Below, piece by piece: positions 35,252 to 43,636 of a stretch of 64,000 bases of DNA. Each line of letters begins with the position of its first letter. The first letter of the stretch is position 1. The notes under the pieces were generated by a model. The model had not been told where the DNA came from and did no database searches. It saw only the letters and a list, made by a program, of their open reading frames with translations. The translations under genes were made by a program, and so were the position numbers. The DNA is from Candidatus Nealsonbacteria bacterium (lineage in GTDB: Bacteria; Patescibacteriota; Minisyncoccia; Minisyncoccales; UBA6532). The DNA lies in contig JACPLN010000008.1 in assembly GCA_016186485.1 (NCBI GenBank), positions 8,673-72,672 of the forward strand, written 5' to 3'.

Positions 35252-36030
35252 AAAAGGAAAATTATAACGCCAAGCATGACCATTGCTATTCCGGCACCCA
35301 GCCTCATGGTTTTTCTTTCGCTTTGCTGCCAAGAGCTAACCCTCTCCAGCAATAATTTATCGCTGGCCATAAAAAGCATAAGGACTAAGGGCAGGATAAA
35401 AATAAGGTTGTACAGCAACAGATATCCTACTCCCTTAAAATAAGTAGCCTGGTCGTGCAGAAGCCCCAAGACCATGAGATAGGGCCCTCCGGTGCAGGGG
35501 AATTCGCATAACCCAACCAGCGCTCCCAAGAAAAATGCAGTGGGCACCGATCCTTTTTCCATAAGTTCTGCGATTTTGTGGTGGACAAAACGAGGAATGC
35601 GCAATTTAACCGGAAAAGCAGGGAAAAATTCATTGATTATGTTGATAGACCCCAAAACGATAAGTAAAACTGCTCCGGCTTTCGCCATGAAATGGGGCGT
35701 ATTAAATATATGAAGCGTCTGAAGAATTCCCAGGCCAATCAGTATATAGACAAGGAAGATGCCTGCAATGTAGGAAATGCCTATTTTCAGGATGCTAGAC
35801 CTAAGCTTCCCTATGCTGAAGAGAAAAGCAATGGTAAGCAAAAGAACGGAGAAGGCGCAGGGATTAATACTGTCAATGAGGGCTGCGACGCTCACGAGCG
35901 GCAAGAGCCATTTGCCGCCGTTGCTAAGGTTCCAAATAAGTAATGTTCCGGCAGCGCTTTGCCTTAAAAATATGACCAAGGCAAAGATAAGAAGGGTAAG
36001 GGCTATAAGAATAACAATCTTTTTATTCAT
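35248..36030 (-). CDS. ccdA: CcdA/DsbD-type thiol-disulfide transmembrane electron transporter
   Basis: INPCAFSVLLL and GLCEFPCTGGPYL motifs. 6 TM. Confidence 0.8.
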   Translation of the reverse strand: MNKKIVILIALTLLIFALVIFLRQSAAGTLLIWNLSNGGKWLLPLVSVAALIDSINPCAFSVLLLTIAFLFSIGKLRSSILKIGISYIAGIFLVYILIGLGILQTLHIFNTPHFMAKAGAVLLIVLGSINIINEFFPAFPVKLRIPRFVHHKIAELMEKGSVPTAFFLGALVGLCEFPCTGGPYLMVLGLLHDQATYFKGVGYLLLYNLIFILPLVLMLFMASDKLLLERVSSWQQSERKTMRLGAGIAMVMLGVIIFLL

Positions 36031-36035
36031 AGTCG

Positions 36036-36539
36036 TTATGGGGTAACTGTTGCAAAAAATGTCAGTTCCAGCGGACTCCCTCCGCTATTCTCAAGATAAA
36101 CCGCTCTTTCAATGCGCCCTATACCGGAAGGCCCGTGAGCCGCAGGATCAAAAACCGCCTCAACAATCGCCTCTTCATTTTGAGAAATTGTTGCACTTAT
36201 CTTGGGAATGAATCCGTGGCCCGGCATGCCGTAGGGGCCAAAGGACCTGCCGGCGCTGATTAGCTTTGCGGTGGTGCACATGCAAGAGGTATAGATTTTT
36301 TCAATTTTCAAAGGCCCCACTCCATCATTCTTTATTTTGAACTGATGGCTGACTTTGCCTTTACTCATTGATATCTCCCCGAAATTAAATACTGGCTCTT
36401 CTGCTGCGATTTCTCCTGCAGCCGCCTGGTTAATATCCGCAGTCCCCGTATTTGGGTTAGACGGTTTTGCAACCCATATAACGCCTGCGAAAAATAGAAC
36501 GATGACTATAACGCCGATGATTGTTTTTAAGTTATTCAT
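36036..36539 (-). CDS. DUF1573-like secreted protein
   Basis: PVFNFGEISMSKGKVSHQFKIKNDGVGPLKIEKIYTSCMCTTA. Start taken at MNNLKTII (36539). Confidence 0.65.
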   Translation of the reverse strand: MNNLKTIIGVIVIVLFFAGVIWVAKPSNPNTGTADINQAAAGEIAAEEPVFNFGEISMSKGKVSHQFKIKNDGVGPLKIEKIYTSCMCTTAKLISAGRSFGPYGMPGHGFIPKISATISQNEEAIVEAVFDPAAHGPSGIGRIERAVYLENSGGSPLELTFFATVTP

Positions 36540-36603
36540 GGTTAAATTTATTTTAATAAAACAAAAATCCTCTCCTGCCCAACAACAGGAATAGGTCTGC
36601 TTC

Positions 36604-36999
36604 TTATAAAGAAGACGGGCTTTTTTCGCGAAGCGCAAGCCATCTGGAAAACCAGATTTCTTGCAGATAAGACGATTCTTTTTTTGTTTTCAGCTGGTAT
36701 TGAAAAACGGACGGGAAATATCGCAAAAATCCGCCAGTTAGCGCTAAAACCAATAAAAGAAGCGTCATCATGCCTAAAGAGCCGCCGAAAACAGCCAAAG
36801 AGAAACTTTCAAAGGCGCCGAAATGAAAACTGATAAACGAGAAAACATCGCTATTTTCCTGGCAATCTTGGCCCAAGGTCCTAGCCGCAATACAGCCGCT
36901 ATGGCTATGGCCCAATTCTTGATTCATCGCAAAAACGCCAAAAACAGCAATTGAGACAAAAGCCATAACCAACAAAATTGATAATAAGGGCGACTTCAT
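36604..36999 (-). CDS. Membrane protein with an HSHSGC motif
   Basis: 131-aa ORF with 2-3 TM, heading the metal/thiol cluster. Confidence 0.45.
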   Translation of the reverse strand: MKSPLLSILLVMAFVSIAVFGVFAMNQELGHSHSGCIAARTLGQDCQENSDVFSFISFHFGAFESFSLAVFGGSLGMMTLLLLVLALTGGFLRYFPSVFQYQLKTKKESSYLQEIWFSRWLALREKSPSSL

Positions 37000-37020
37000 G
37001 TTTTTAGTCTAGCAAAAAAC

Positions 37021-37707
37021 CTATTTCAATTCAACAAAATCGCTGCTCCAAGAACAATATTGGCAAAAAGGACTGCTTTTTGGAATTGGGCCCAAAAGCG
37101 TTTTTATGCCGTCTTGAAACAATTTTAAGGCCATCTCGTGGCTGGTTTCCATCTTTTTTACACCAACCTGAAAATTGATTATTCCCTTATCTGCTACGTT
37201 ATCGGGTTTATAATAAACCAGGTAAGCAATGCCTTTTGTCTTGTATCCCCCCTGCTCTAAGAGAAAGTTGTAAATATTAAGCTGGTGCTGATAATACTTC
37301 TTGGCGTTTTCTTCAAAAGCCGCGGATCCCGTCGTTTTAAAGTCAACCGGTATATAGTATTCGCCGTCAAAAAGGCAATCATCCAAAGCCCCAACCAAAA
37401 CAAAATCGCTCTGTTCCTTGTCTTGGTATGCCAAAACCGGCCTCATGGCGTCGCGCCATCGATCTATCAATCCCTGGTCTGGCATCAGCTTGCCCTCAAC
37501 CTGCCCCACCAATTCCGGGGGCAGCTCACCCTTGGCTCTGAACTTATCAAAATAAGGCTTTAAAATCCTGTCAAAGTTGTTCTGCAAAGCAAAACTCTGC
37601 TCGGGCTTCTTTACTCCCTTTGCCTTATAGGCCCAAAAACATTTTGGGCATTCCAAAAATAAGTTTAAGCTTGATGCCGATAATCTAATTTGTTGGCTGT
37701 TTCTCAT
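37021..37707 (-). CDS. PD-(D/E)XK nuclease family protein (Cas4/RecB-like, Cys-cluster type)
   Basis: N-terminal LFLECPKCFW and C-terminal CQYCSW cysteines, with a central D...D/ExK-like GALDDC...VDFKT. Confidence 0.7.
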   Translation of the reverse strand: MRNSQQIRLSASSLNLFLECPKCFWAYKAKGVKKPEQSFALQNNFDRILKPYFDKFRAKGELPPELVGQVEGKLMPDQGLIDRWRDAMRPVLAYQDKEQSDFVLVGALDDCLFDGEYYIPVDFKTTGSAAFEENAKKYYQHQLNIYNFLLEQGGYKTKGIAYLVYYKPDNVADKGIINFQVGVKKMETSHEMALKLFQDGIKTLLGPIPKSSPFCQYCSWSSDFVELK

Positions 37708-37789
37708 AATAATTTATTGTAACAAAAAAGAGAAAATTCAAATACTCCTGCTTTACATTTTCTATTTAGCGAGTATAATATTAAATCAG

Positions 37790-38059
37790 GTGAAGAAATT
37801 GGGAATAATCTCCAGGATCTTTCTTTTAATAGGGATAAGCCTTGTTTTAGTGGCGCTGATCTCTACCGGATTCTTATTTGCGGCTGTTGGAATTTCGTCA
37901 CTAATAGGATTAAAAAGCGCGTTTGGAATCATAGAGATGGAAGGAATAACAATATCTTGGGCCATAACTTTTGCCTTAATGGGCGTAGCAATACTCGCCC
38001 TGATAGCGCTCACGATTGTTCTAAGCCTAGCTAGTAAAATCAAAAGGCAGCGAGCTTAA
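37790..38059 (+). CDS. Small 3-TM membrane protein (GTG start)
   Basis: Preceded by TTTACA (37752)-16-TATAAT (37774). Hydrophobic, 89 aa. Confidence 0.45.
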   Translation: MKKLGIISRIFLLIGISLVLVALISTGFLFAAVGISSLIGLKSAFGIIEMEGITISWAITFALMGVAILALIALTIVLSLASKIKRQRA

Positions 38060-38109
38060 ATAATAAAACGCCGGACATCTAAGGATGCGGCGTTTTTTAA
38101 ATAGCCGAT

Positions 38110-38571
38110 TTAAAAAATTATCTTTATTATCGCTTTTTTAATGCTTTCCGTTCCGTCAAAATCGCATCCGGGCCTGTGTATTTCGCCTGGCATCATTACC
38201 ATGAATTCTCCTGCCTCCAGCGGGAAAAATTCCTCGTTTTCCACAAAATCGTAAAGAATGTAATCGTCTTCTTCGTTATAATCGGTTTTAGCTTTGTTGC
38301 CCGGATTTTCTTTTGCGATTCCTATTTTTTCTTTGCCTGAAATTATGTAGTGGATATCGGCTTTTTTCTTATGCAATTCAGCCGCTTTATCCTTTGGCTT
38401 TTGCGTTTGATATTCCAAACAAAAAATAAACGATTCGCCTTCAACAATCGGTTTTCGTTCTTTTCCCAAACTGGAAAAATCAGCGCTTTTTAAAAATTTC
38501 AGCGCCTTTTTTGTTTTTTCCTGCAAATCAGAACTTTCAATATCAAAATCTTCCAATTTTCCCTTTATCAT
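38110..38571 (-). CDS. YhcH/YjgK/YiaL (DUF386) family protein
   Basis: HKKKADIHYIISGKEKIG...GEFMVMMPGEIHRP cupin-like pattern. Start moved to 38571 because the upstream part overlaps the small ORF. Confidence 0.6.
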   Translation of the reverse strand: MIKGKLEDFDIESSDLQEKTKKALKFLKSADFSSLGKERKPIVEGESFIFCLEYQTQKPKDKAAELHKKKADIHYIISGKEKIGIAKENPGNKAKTDYNEEDDYILYDFVENEEFFPLEAGEFMVMMPGEIHRPGCDFDGTESIKKAIIKIIF

Positions 38572-38588
38572 GACTTTCCCCTTCCGTC

Positions 38589-38723
38589 TTATTTCTTGGA
38601 AATTTTCTGCCAGAGCCAAATGCCGAGAAGTGCGAGGTCTATTGCCACCAAAATCCAGATGACATCGCCTCCAAACCCCACAGCTCCACCCATCATGCTC
38701 CAGTTATTAAAATATCCCATCAT
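38589..38723 (-). CDS. 44-aa Gly/Met-rich single-TM peptide
   Basis: Own translation: MMGYFNNWSMMGGAVGFGGDVIWILVAIDLALLGIWLWQKISKK. A paralog-like ORF lies at 48136-48315. Confidence 0.4.
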   Translation of the reverse strand: MMGYFNNWSMMGGAVGFGGDVIWILVAIDLALLGIWLWQKISKK

Positions 38724-38796
38724 ATATCAATTATAGCATTGTTTTGGCTTTTTCCTCATAGGGTCAATAAAAAATGCCCCGTAAAGGGCTTTTGAT

Positions 38797-39771
38797 TTAG
38801 TTTGTAAAACTTTTTGGCGCCAGGCAATTGCGCCAACTCTTGTCTTCGCGGATGCGGATAAACCATTTATTCCTAAGTTTCCCGCTGGAGAATCTTATTT
38901 CAAATCCAACCTGCAAAACCGCAGGCCCTGTCCCCCCTTCCAGAATCTCTTTTATTTTTCGGCGCGTTTCGCCTGAAAAACTGCCTAGCCTTCCGCAATC
39001 AAACTCTTTTTTGGTTACAGGATCTATCTGAAGCAAAACAACTTCTTTAAGCTTGGCCGGATCTTTATCTTGCGGAATCCATTCCCTGACAATAAAATCA
39101 TCTTCAAATACCGGTTTCCATTTATAGCATCCTTCCGGACGTTTCGGAGATTTGCCGTCCAAACGGATTGATGCGGTAAAATCTTTGTCGTAGAGAACCA
39201 ATCCTTCCCAGCCGCTGTTTCTAACCATGTTTTTGGCTTCGTTAAAGGCCGCGTCAACAACCGTCAGAGGCATGACGTATCCGGGTTTGCCTTTAGCAAG
39301 AACTCTTTGTATATTTTCTAAACGTGAAGAGTAGGGCTGGCTAAGAGAGCATCGTCCTTCCCAAAAAGCTATATCAAAAACCATGAATTTGACTAAGCCA
39401 TTTTGCCGCTGCATCTCAAGCGATTTTTGGGGTTTGGAGTTAAAAACAGATCCGACTCCCAAAAAGTTATCGTTGCCGTCTAAATCTACGATGCCCTCGC
39501 CTATCAGCATGCTGTTTTCCGGTATTTCCAGATTATCTAATTCCTTTTTAATGTGAGGCAAGCGCTCGGTTACCTCTCTTGTGCTGTCGGTATATACCTT
39601 CCACCCTTTACCAGATTTCACGGCAATCAATTTCCAGCCATCCCGTTTGCGGGTAATAATAAGTTTTCTTTTTTTCTCAAGCTCAAAGATTGTTGACTCA
39701 TCGTACGCTTCCCTCTGAAGCGGTTTATAAAAAACAAAGCCTTCGGGTAAAGGATCTAGCGAAAACTCCAA
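38797..39771 (-). CDS. ATP-dependent DNA ligase (compact form, TTG start)
   Basis: Motif I KRDGWK, motif III MVFDIAFWEG, motif IV WEGLVLYD, motif V CYKWKP. Confidence 0.72.
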   Translation of the reverse strand: MEFSLDPLPEGFVFYKPLQREAYDESTIFELEKKRKLIITRKRDGWKLIAVKSGKGWKVYTDSTREVTERLPHIKKELDNLEIPENSMLIGEGIVDLDGNDNFLGVGSVFNSKPQKSLEMQRQNGLVKFMVFDIAFWEGRCSLSQPYSSRLENIQRVLAKGKPGYVMPLTVVDAAFNEAKNMVRNSGWEGLVLYDKDFTASIRLDGKSPKRPEGCYKWKPVFEDDFIVREWIPQDKDPAKLKEVVLLQIDPVTKKEFDCGRLGSFSGETRRKIKEILEGGTGPAVLQVGFEIRFSSGKLRNKWFIRIREDKSWRNCLAPKSFTN

Positions 39772-39869
39772 CCAACATCATCACTATTTCAATTTTAAGG
39801 TGCGGATACCCTAATTTATAACAGAACGGCCGGCTGCCGTCAATCCGTTCTATGCAATAACGAATAATT

Positions 39870-40037
39870 TCATAATTTTTTGTTTTCCTCGGCGTGAGCC
39901 GTGATTTCTATATTACAGCTCTTATGTTCTAGGCACCATGCCTCGCATTTCTCGGCCCACTCTTTATCTTCATAGCGAAAACCGCACTCCTCGCACTGGT
40001 ACAGCTCCTTGTTTTCTTTTTGCGCTATTTTGACCAT
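39870..40037 (-). CDS. Small zinc-ribbon protein
   Basis: MVKIAQKENKELYQCEECGFRYEDKEWAEKCEAWCLEH, carrying CxxC plus C/H ligands. Confidence 0.5.
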   Translation of the reverse strand: MVKIAQKENKELYQCEECGFRYEDKEWAEKCEAWCLEHKSCNIEITAHAEENKKL

Positions 40038-40041
40038 TCGG

Positions 40042-41217
40042 TTATTTAACCTGGAAAATAAAGCCAAATGCGCTTAGTAAGCTGGCTTGAACAAGTTGAA
40101 TAAAATTCTTTATAGTTTCTATGATTTTTTGTTGGATTTCCATAACCCTAGCCTGAATTCCCTCAAGAGTTGTTTTTGTGGTCGCTTCCGGCGTCTCGGC
40201 GGTCACTATAATTTCTGCCCTCGCCTCAGCTATCTTAGATTCCCTTTCTGCAATAACCTTGGGATGGTATGTACCGGAAGATAGGTAATTGCAGGCATCA
40301 TCCGCCTCTTTTGAAACCGCAACAATGCTATTGTATTGAACATCGTAACCTGAGGCAATATTGGTGCCGGAATCAGAACGATCACAATAAAAGGTGTAAT
40401 TAATGGTGCCGGCAGCTGTTCCCGAAACATCAGCCGTAAGGTCAACACCATTTAATGGGGCTGGACCCGAAGAAGCGCTGGCGGTCAAAGTCACAAAAAG
40501 AGTCGGGCTAGGGGCAATGCTAAAGGAAATAGTAAAGTCATCGGTATTGACATTACCACTGTTATCAGAACATCTGACATAATAAGTGTATGGATTGTCA
40601 CCGCTTAAACCCGTAATCAAGACGGAATGCGATATCCCGCCAGTGATTGAAAATGTGCTCGGCATCAAACCGTAAACTACGCTAGTAGTAGAATAACGAC
40701 AAGTAGCTGGCTCATTGGTGACTAAGCTAAGATTAGCTTGGGTTGTCCCGACGGCTAAACTTCCTGATGGCTGCCCATTGGAGATAACGGGAGGCGTAAC
40801 ATCAGGGGGTGTGCTAAAAGAGATTAAAAAATCATCGGGATTAGCATTGCCTCTTGCGTCGCTGCATTTGACATAATAATTATACGTAGCGTCACTGCTT
40901 AAACCTGTCACTAGTACAGAATGGAAAAATGTACCAATGGCTGTGAAATTAGTATTTATGAAATCGCTGGACATCGAATCATAAAGAACCTGCCTATCGT
41001 TTGAATACCTGCAATTAGCTAGTTCATCGGTTTCCACAGATACTGTTGTTTGGACGGTGCCGGCTGCTAAGATCCCTTTGGGCTGACCGCTTATTATTCT
41101 GGGTGGCGCATGGTCATCGGTAGTAGTGGCTGCATTAGAAACGGAAGGGAATATAAAAATCCCTAAAAGCAGGAAAAGGATAAAGGGAATTGCGGATAGA
41201 ATTTTTTTGTTAGACAT
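40042..41217 (-). CDS. Secreted protein with two tandem Ig/FN3-like repeats
   Basis: Signal peptide. Repeats PPRIISGQPKG...CRYS...YYVKCSD..GN and PPVISNGQPSG...CRYS...YYVRCSD..GN. Confidence 0.6.
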   Translation of the reverse strand: MSNKKILSAIPFILFLLLGIFIFPSVSNAATTTDDHAPPRIISGQPKGILAAGTVQTTVSVETDELANCRYSNDRQVLYDSMSSDFINTNFTAIGTFFHSVLVTGLSSDATYNYYVKCSDARGNANPDDFLISFSTPPDVTPPVISNGQPSGSLAVGTTQANLSLVTNEPATCRYSTTSVVYGLMPSTFSITGGISHSVLITGLSGDNPYTYYVRCSDNSGNVNTDDFTISFSIAPSPTLFVTLTASASSGPAPLNGVDLTADVSGTAAGTINYTFYCDRSDSGTNIASGYDVQYNSIVAVSKEADDACNYLSSGTYHPKVIAERESKIAEARAEIIVTAETPEATTKTTLEGIQARVMEIQQKIIETIKNFIQLVQASLLSAFGFIFQVK

Positions 41218-41361
41218 TATTAAAATTTAATAAGGTAAAAATTCGGTAGTAAACCCTCTTTTTTATTATAAAAGAAAGCGGGATAAAAGGGAAGAAGGAT
41301 TCTGCCGCTATAAATAAAAACTGCCTTCTTGGCGAGGGTTCTGCCTCGCCATGCATCTCCT

Positions 41362-43281
41362 CTATTGTTTGTATTTCTCCAGGTGAAGTTGGAAAAGACG
41401 TATTGAATTTATAATCGGTATGAAATCCGTAATGAAATTATAGGCTGAAGCTGTCGTCGGTAAAAAAACGGCTGGCACCAAGCCGCTGAATACCAAAGAA
41501 AGGCCGATAACGTTAGTAATCGCCCAGATGACAAAATCTTGCCTGGTGACGTGTCTGGTATATTTCGCAAGACGCATGGTTTCTAAAATTTGTTCCAGGT
41601 TATCCTGCATCAAAACTATATCTCCGGATTCAACGGTAACATCGGCCCCGATACCGCCCATGGCAATGCCGATATCCGCGGCGCTTAAAAGTGCCGCGTC
41701 GTTTACGCCGTCTCCGATAGCTATAACTTTGTGTTCCGTCCCGAGGTATTTTTTAAGGTAATTTAATTTATCTTCCGGCAAAAGATTGGCATGGTATTCC
41801 GTAACGGCGAGTTCTTCCGCGACCCGCTCAGCGACCTTCTCATTGTCTCCTGTCAGCATCACGAATTTCTCTATGCCCGACTTTTTTAGGCCTTCGATGA
41901 CTTGTCTGGCATTCTGTCTCACCTCATCGGCAAGAGTGAAAAATCCCGCAAGCTTTCCGTCATATCCTATGAGAGTTGTATTAAAACCTTCATCTTTTTC
42001 ACGCTCTACGTCGGCTATTTGATGTTCGGTAATTTTAATGCCAAGTTCCTTCATAAAAGCCAATTTGCCGCTGGCAATCATTTTACCGTTGAGAATGGCA
42101 GTAACGCCCCGACCGCTTTTTTCTTCTAATTTCTCCGGCTGTTTCAAGGAAATACCGCGTTCCTCGGCATACCGCAGAATTGCTTTCGCGGACGGATGGT
42201 TTGAAAGAGACGAAACTGTGGCGGCCAGCTTCAAAATATCTTTGCTCTCCCATTCATTAAAGGCAAAAAGGTTTTTAACCCTCAGTTCTCCGACAGTTAA
42301 AGTACCGGTTTTATCGGCAACGATCACCTTAGCTTCGTTCAATCCTTCAAGAAAATCGCCGCCTTTAATAATCACGCCGTGCCTGGCCGCATGTCCTAGG
42401 GAAGCTATAAAAGCCAGGGGAATCGCCACGGCAATATCGTCGGCGCAAACTACGAGCACGACTGCCAAAACTAAAGCAAAATTATGGGTAGCGAAATATA
42501 AGGCAATTGAACCCAAGAGCATCAGCGCTACATACCAGCTAGCAAAACGATCTGCCATTGTGGTGATTGCAGGCTTGTGGGCCGCCGCTTTTTCAACCAG
42601 TTCAATCATTTTTTCAAGCGTAGTTTCCTTTCCTATTTTTTCGGCTTTGATTATCAAATTTCCAGACACCACAACCGTGGAACTGAAAACCCGACTGCCG
42701 GCTTTTTTGTTCACAGGCAGAGACTCGCCGGTAAGAGAAGATTGATCAACTTCTGCCTCGCTTTGGATGACAATGCCGTCGACAGGAATGCGTTCGCCAA
42801 GCTCCACCATTATCTCATCGCCTCTTTTTATGTTTTTTACTTTTATCGCAATTATTTTATCACCGGCCCTTATTCGCGCTATTTCCGGTTTTAGCTTAAG
42901 CAGGCTTTGGATAGCTCGGCGGGAACGATTTTCGGTGTAGCGATCAAGGATTCTGGCTGAAGTCAGCATCAAATTGATAAAAGTGGCGGAAGCCCATTCG
43001 TGGGCTAAAAGCGAAAAAATCAAAGCAATGCTGGCAAGCAAATCAATTGTGATTTTTTTATTTTTTAAAGATTCAAAAGTATTTTTTAAAACCGGCAAAG
43101 CGGCAAAAGCTGCCAGAACTGCCAGAATAAAACCATCTATTTGATGATAAATAAAGTTAAAATAAGCGTTCAAATAGTGAACTGCCAAAAAAAGCGTTAG
43201 TAGCGCTAAAAGTGCGCCGTCAATAGTCAGAAGTTGGTATTTTCCTAGAAATTCTTTAAATTGCTGAAAAATCTTTATCAT
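41362..43281 (-). CDS. P-type cation ATPase, heavy-metal-like, lacking the N-terminal metal-binding domain and with an atypical TM motif
   Basis: TGES, DKTGTLT and GDGVNDAALL are present. VLVVCADDIAVAIPLAF stands where P1B pumps carry CPC, CPH or SPC. Confidence 0.8.
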   Translation of the reverse strand: MIKIFQQFKEFLGKYQLLTIDGALLALLTLFLAVHYLNAYFNFIYHQIDGFILAVLAAFAALPVLKNTFESLKNKKITIDLLASIALIFSLLAHEWASATFINLMLTSARILDRYTENRSRRAIQSLLKLKPEIARIRAGDKIIAIKVKNIKRGDEIMVELGERIPVDGIVIQSEAEVDQSSLTGESLPVNKKAGSRVFSSTVVVSGNLIIKAEKIGKETTLEKMIELVEKAAAHKPAITTMADRFASWYVALMLLGSIALYFATHNFALVLAVVLVVCADDIAVAIPLAFIASLGHAARHGVIIKGGDFLEGLNEAKVIVADKTGTLTVGELRVKNLFAFNEWESKDILKLAATVSSLSNHPSAKAILRYAEERGISLKQPEKLEEKSGRGVTAILNGKMIASGKLAFMKELGIKITEHQIADVEREKDEGFNTTLIGYDGKLAGFFTLADEVRQNARQVIEGLKKSGIEKFVMLTGDNEKVAERVAEELAVTEYHANLLPEDKLNYLKKYLGTEHKVIAIGDGVNDAALLSAADIGIAMGGIGADVTVESGDIVLMQDNLEQILETMRLAKYTRHVTRQDFVIWAITNVIGLSLVFSGLVPAVFLPTTASAYNFITDFIPIINSIRLFQLHLEKYKQ

Positions 43282-43636
43282 GAGATTATTTTACCACTTG
43301 CGATATTCAAATAAAAATACTCTGTTTTGAACCCGCGAAAGGGATGACAAGTTCTCCAAAAATTGCTATAAAAAAAGAGCTAAGATAACTGACGATCCCA
43401 AAAAAGAGATTGAGGAACGAACTAGACTGCTTCAATTGCTTGTTGAGAAGAAAATAACGGCCTATTCCGAATTTTCCAATATCATCCGAGAATTCCATCT
43501 GGACAGGCAATCTCTATTTACTAGGCTAAACTTGTTACAATCATAAAGGACTCAAAGAGTCCTTTCTTTTATTGTAGGATCTAGCGAGAGTTTTATCTAA
43601 TTATTATTTAACGTTTTTGTAGATCTTAATCGGAAT

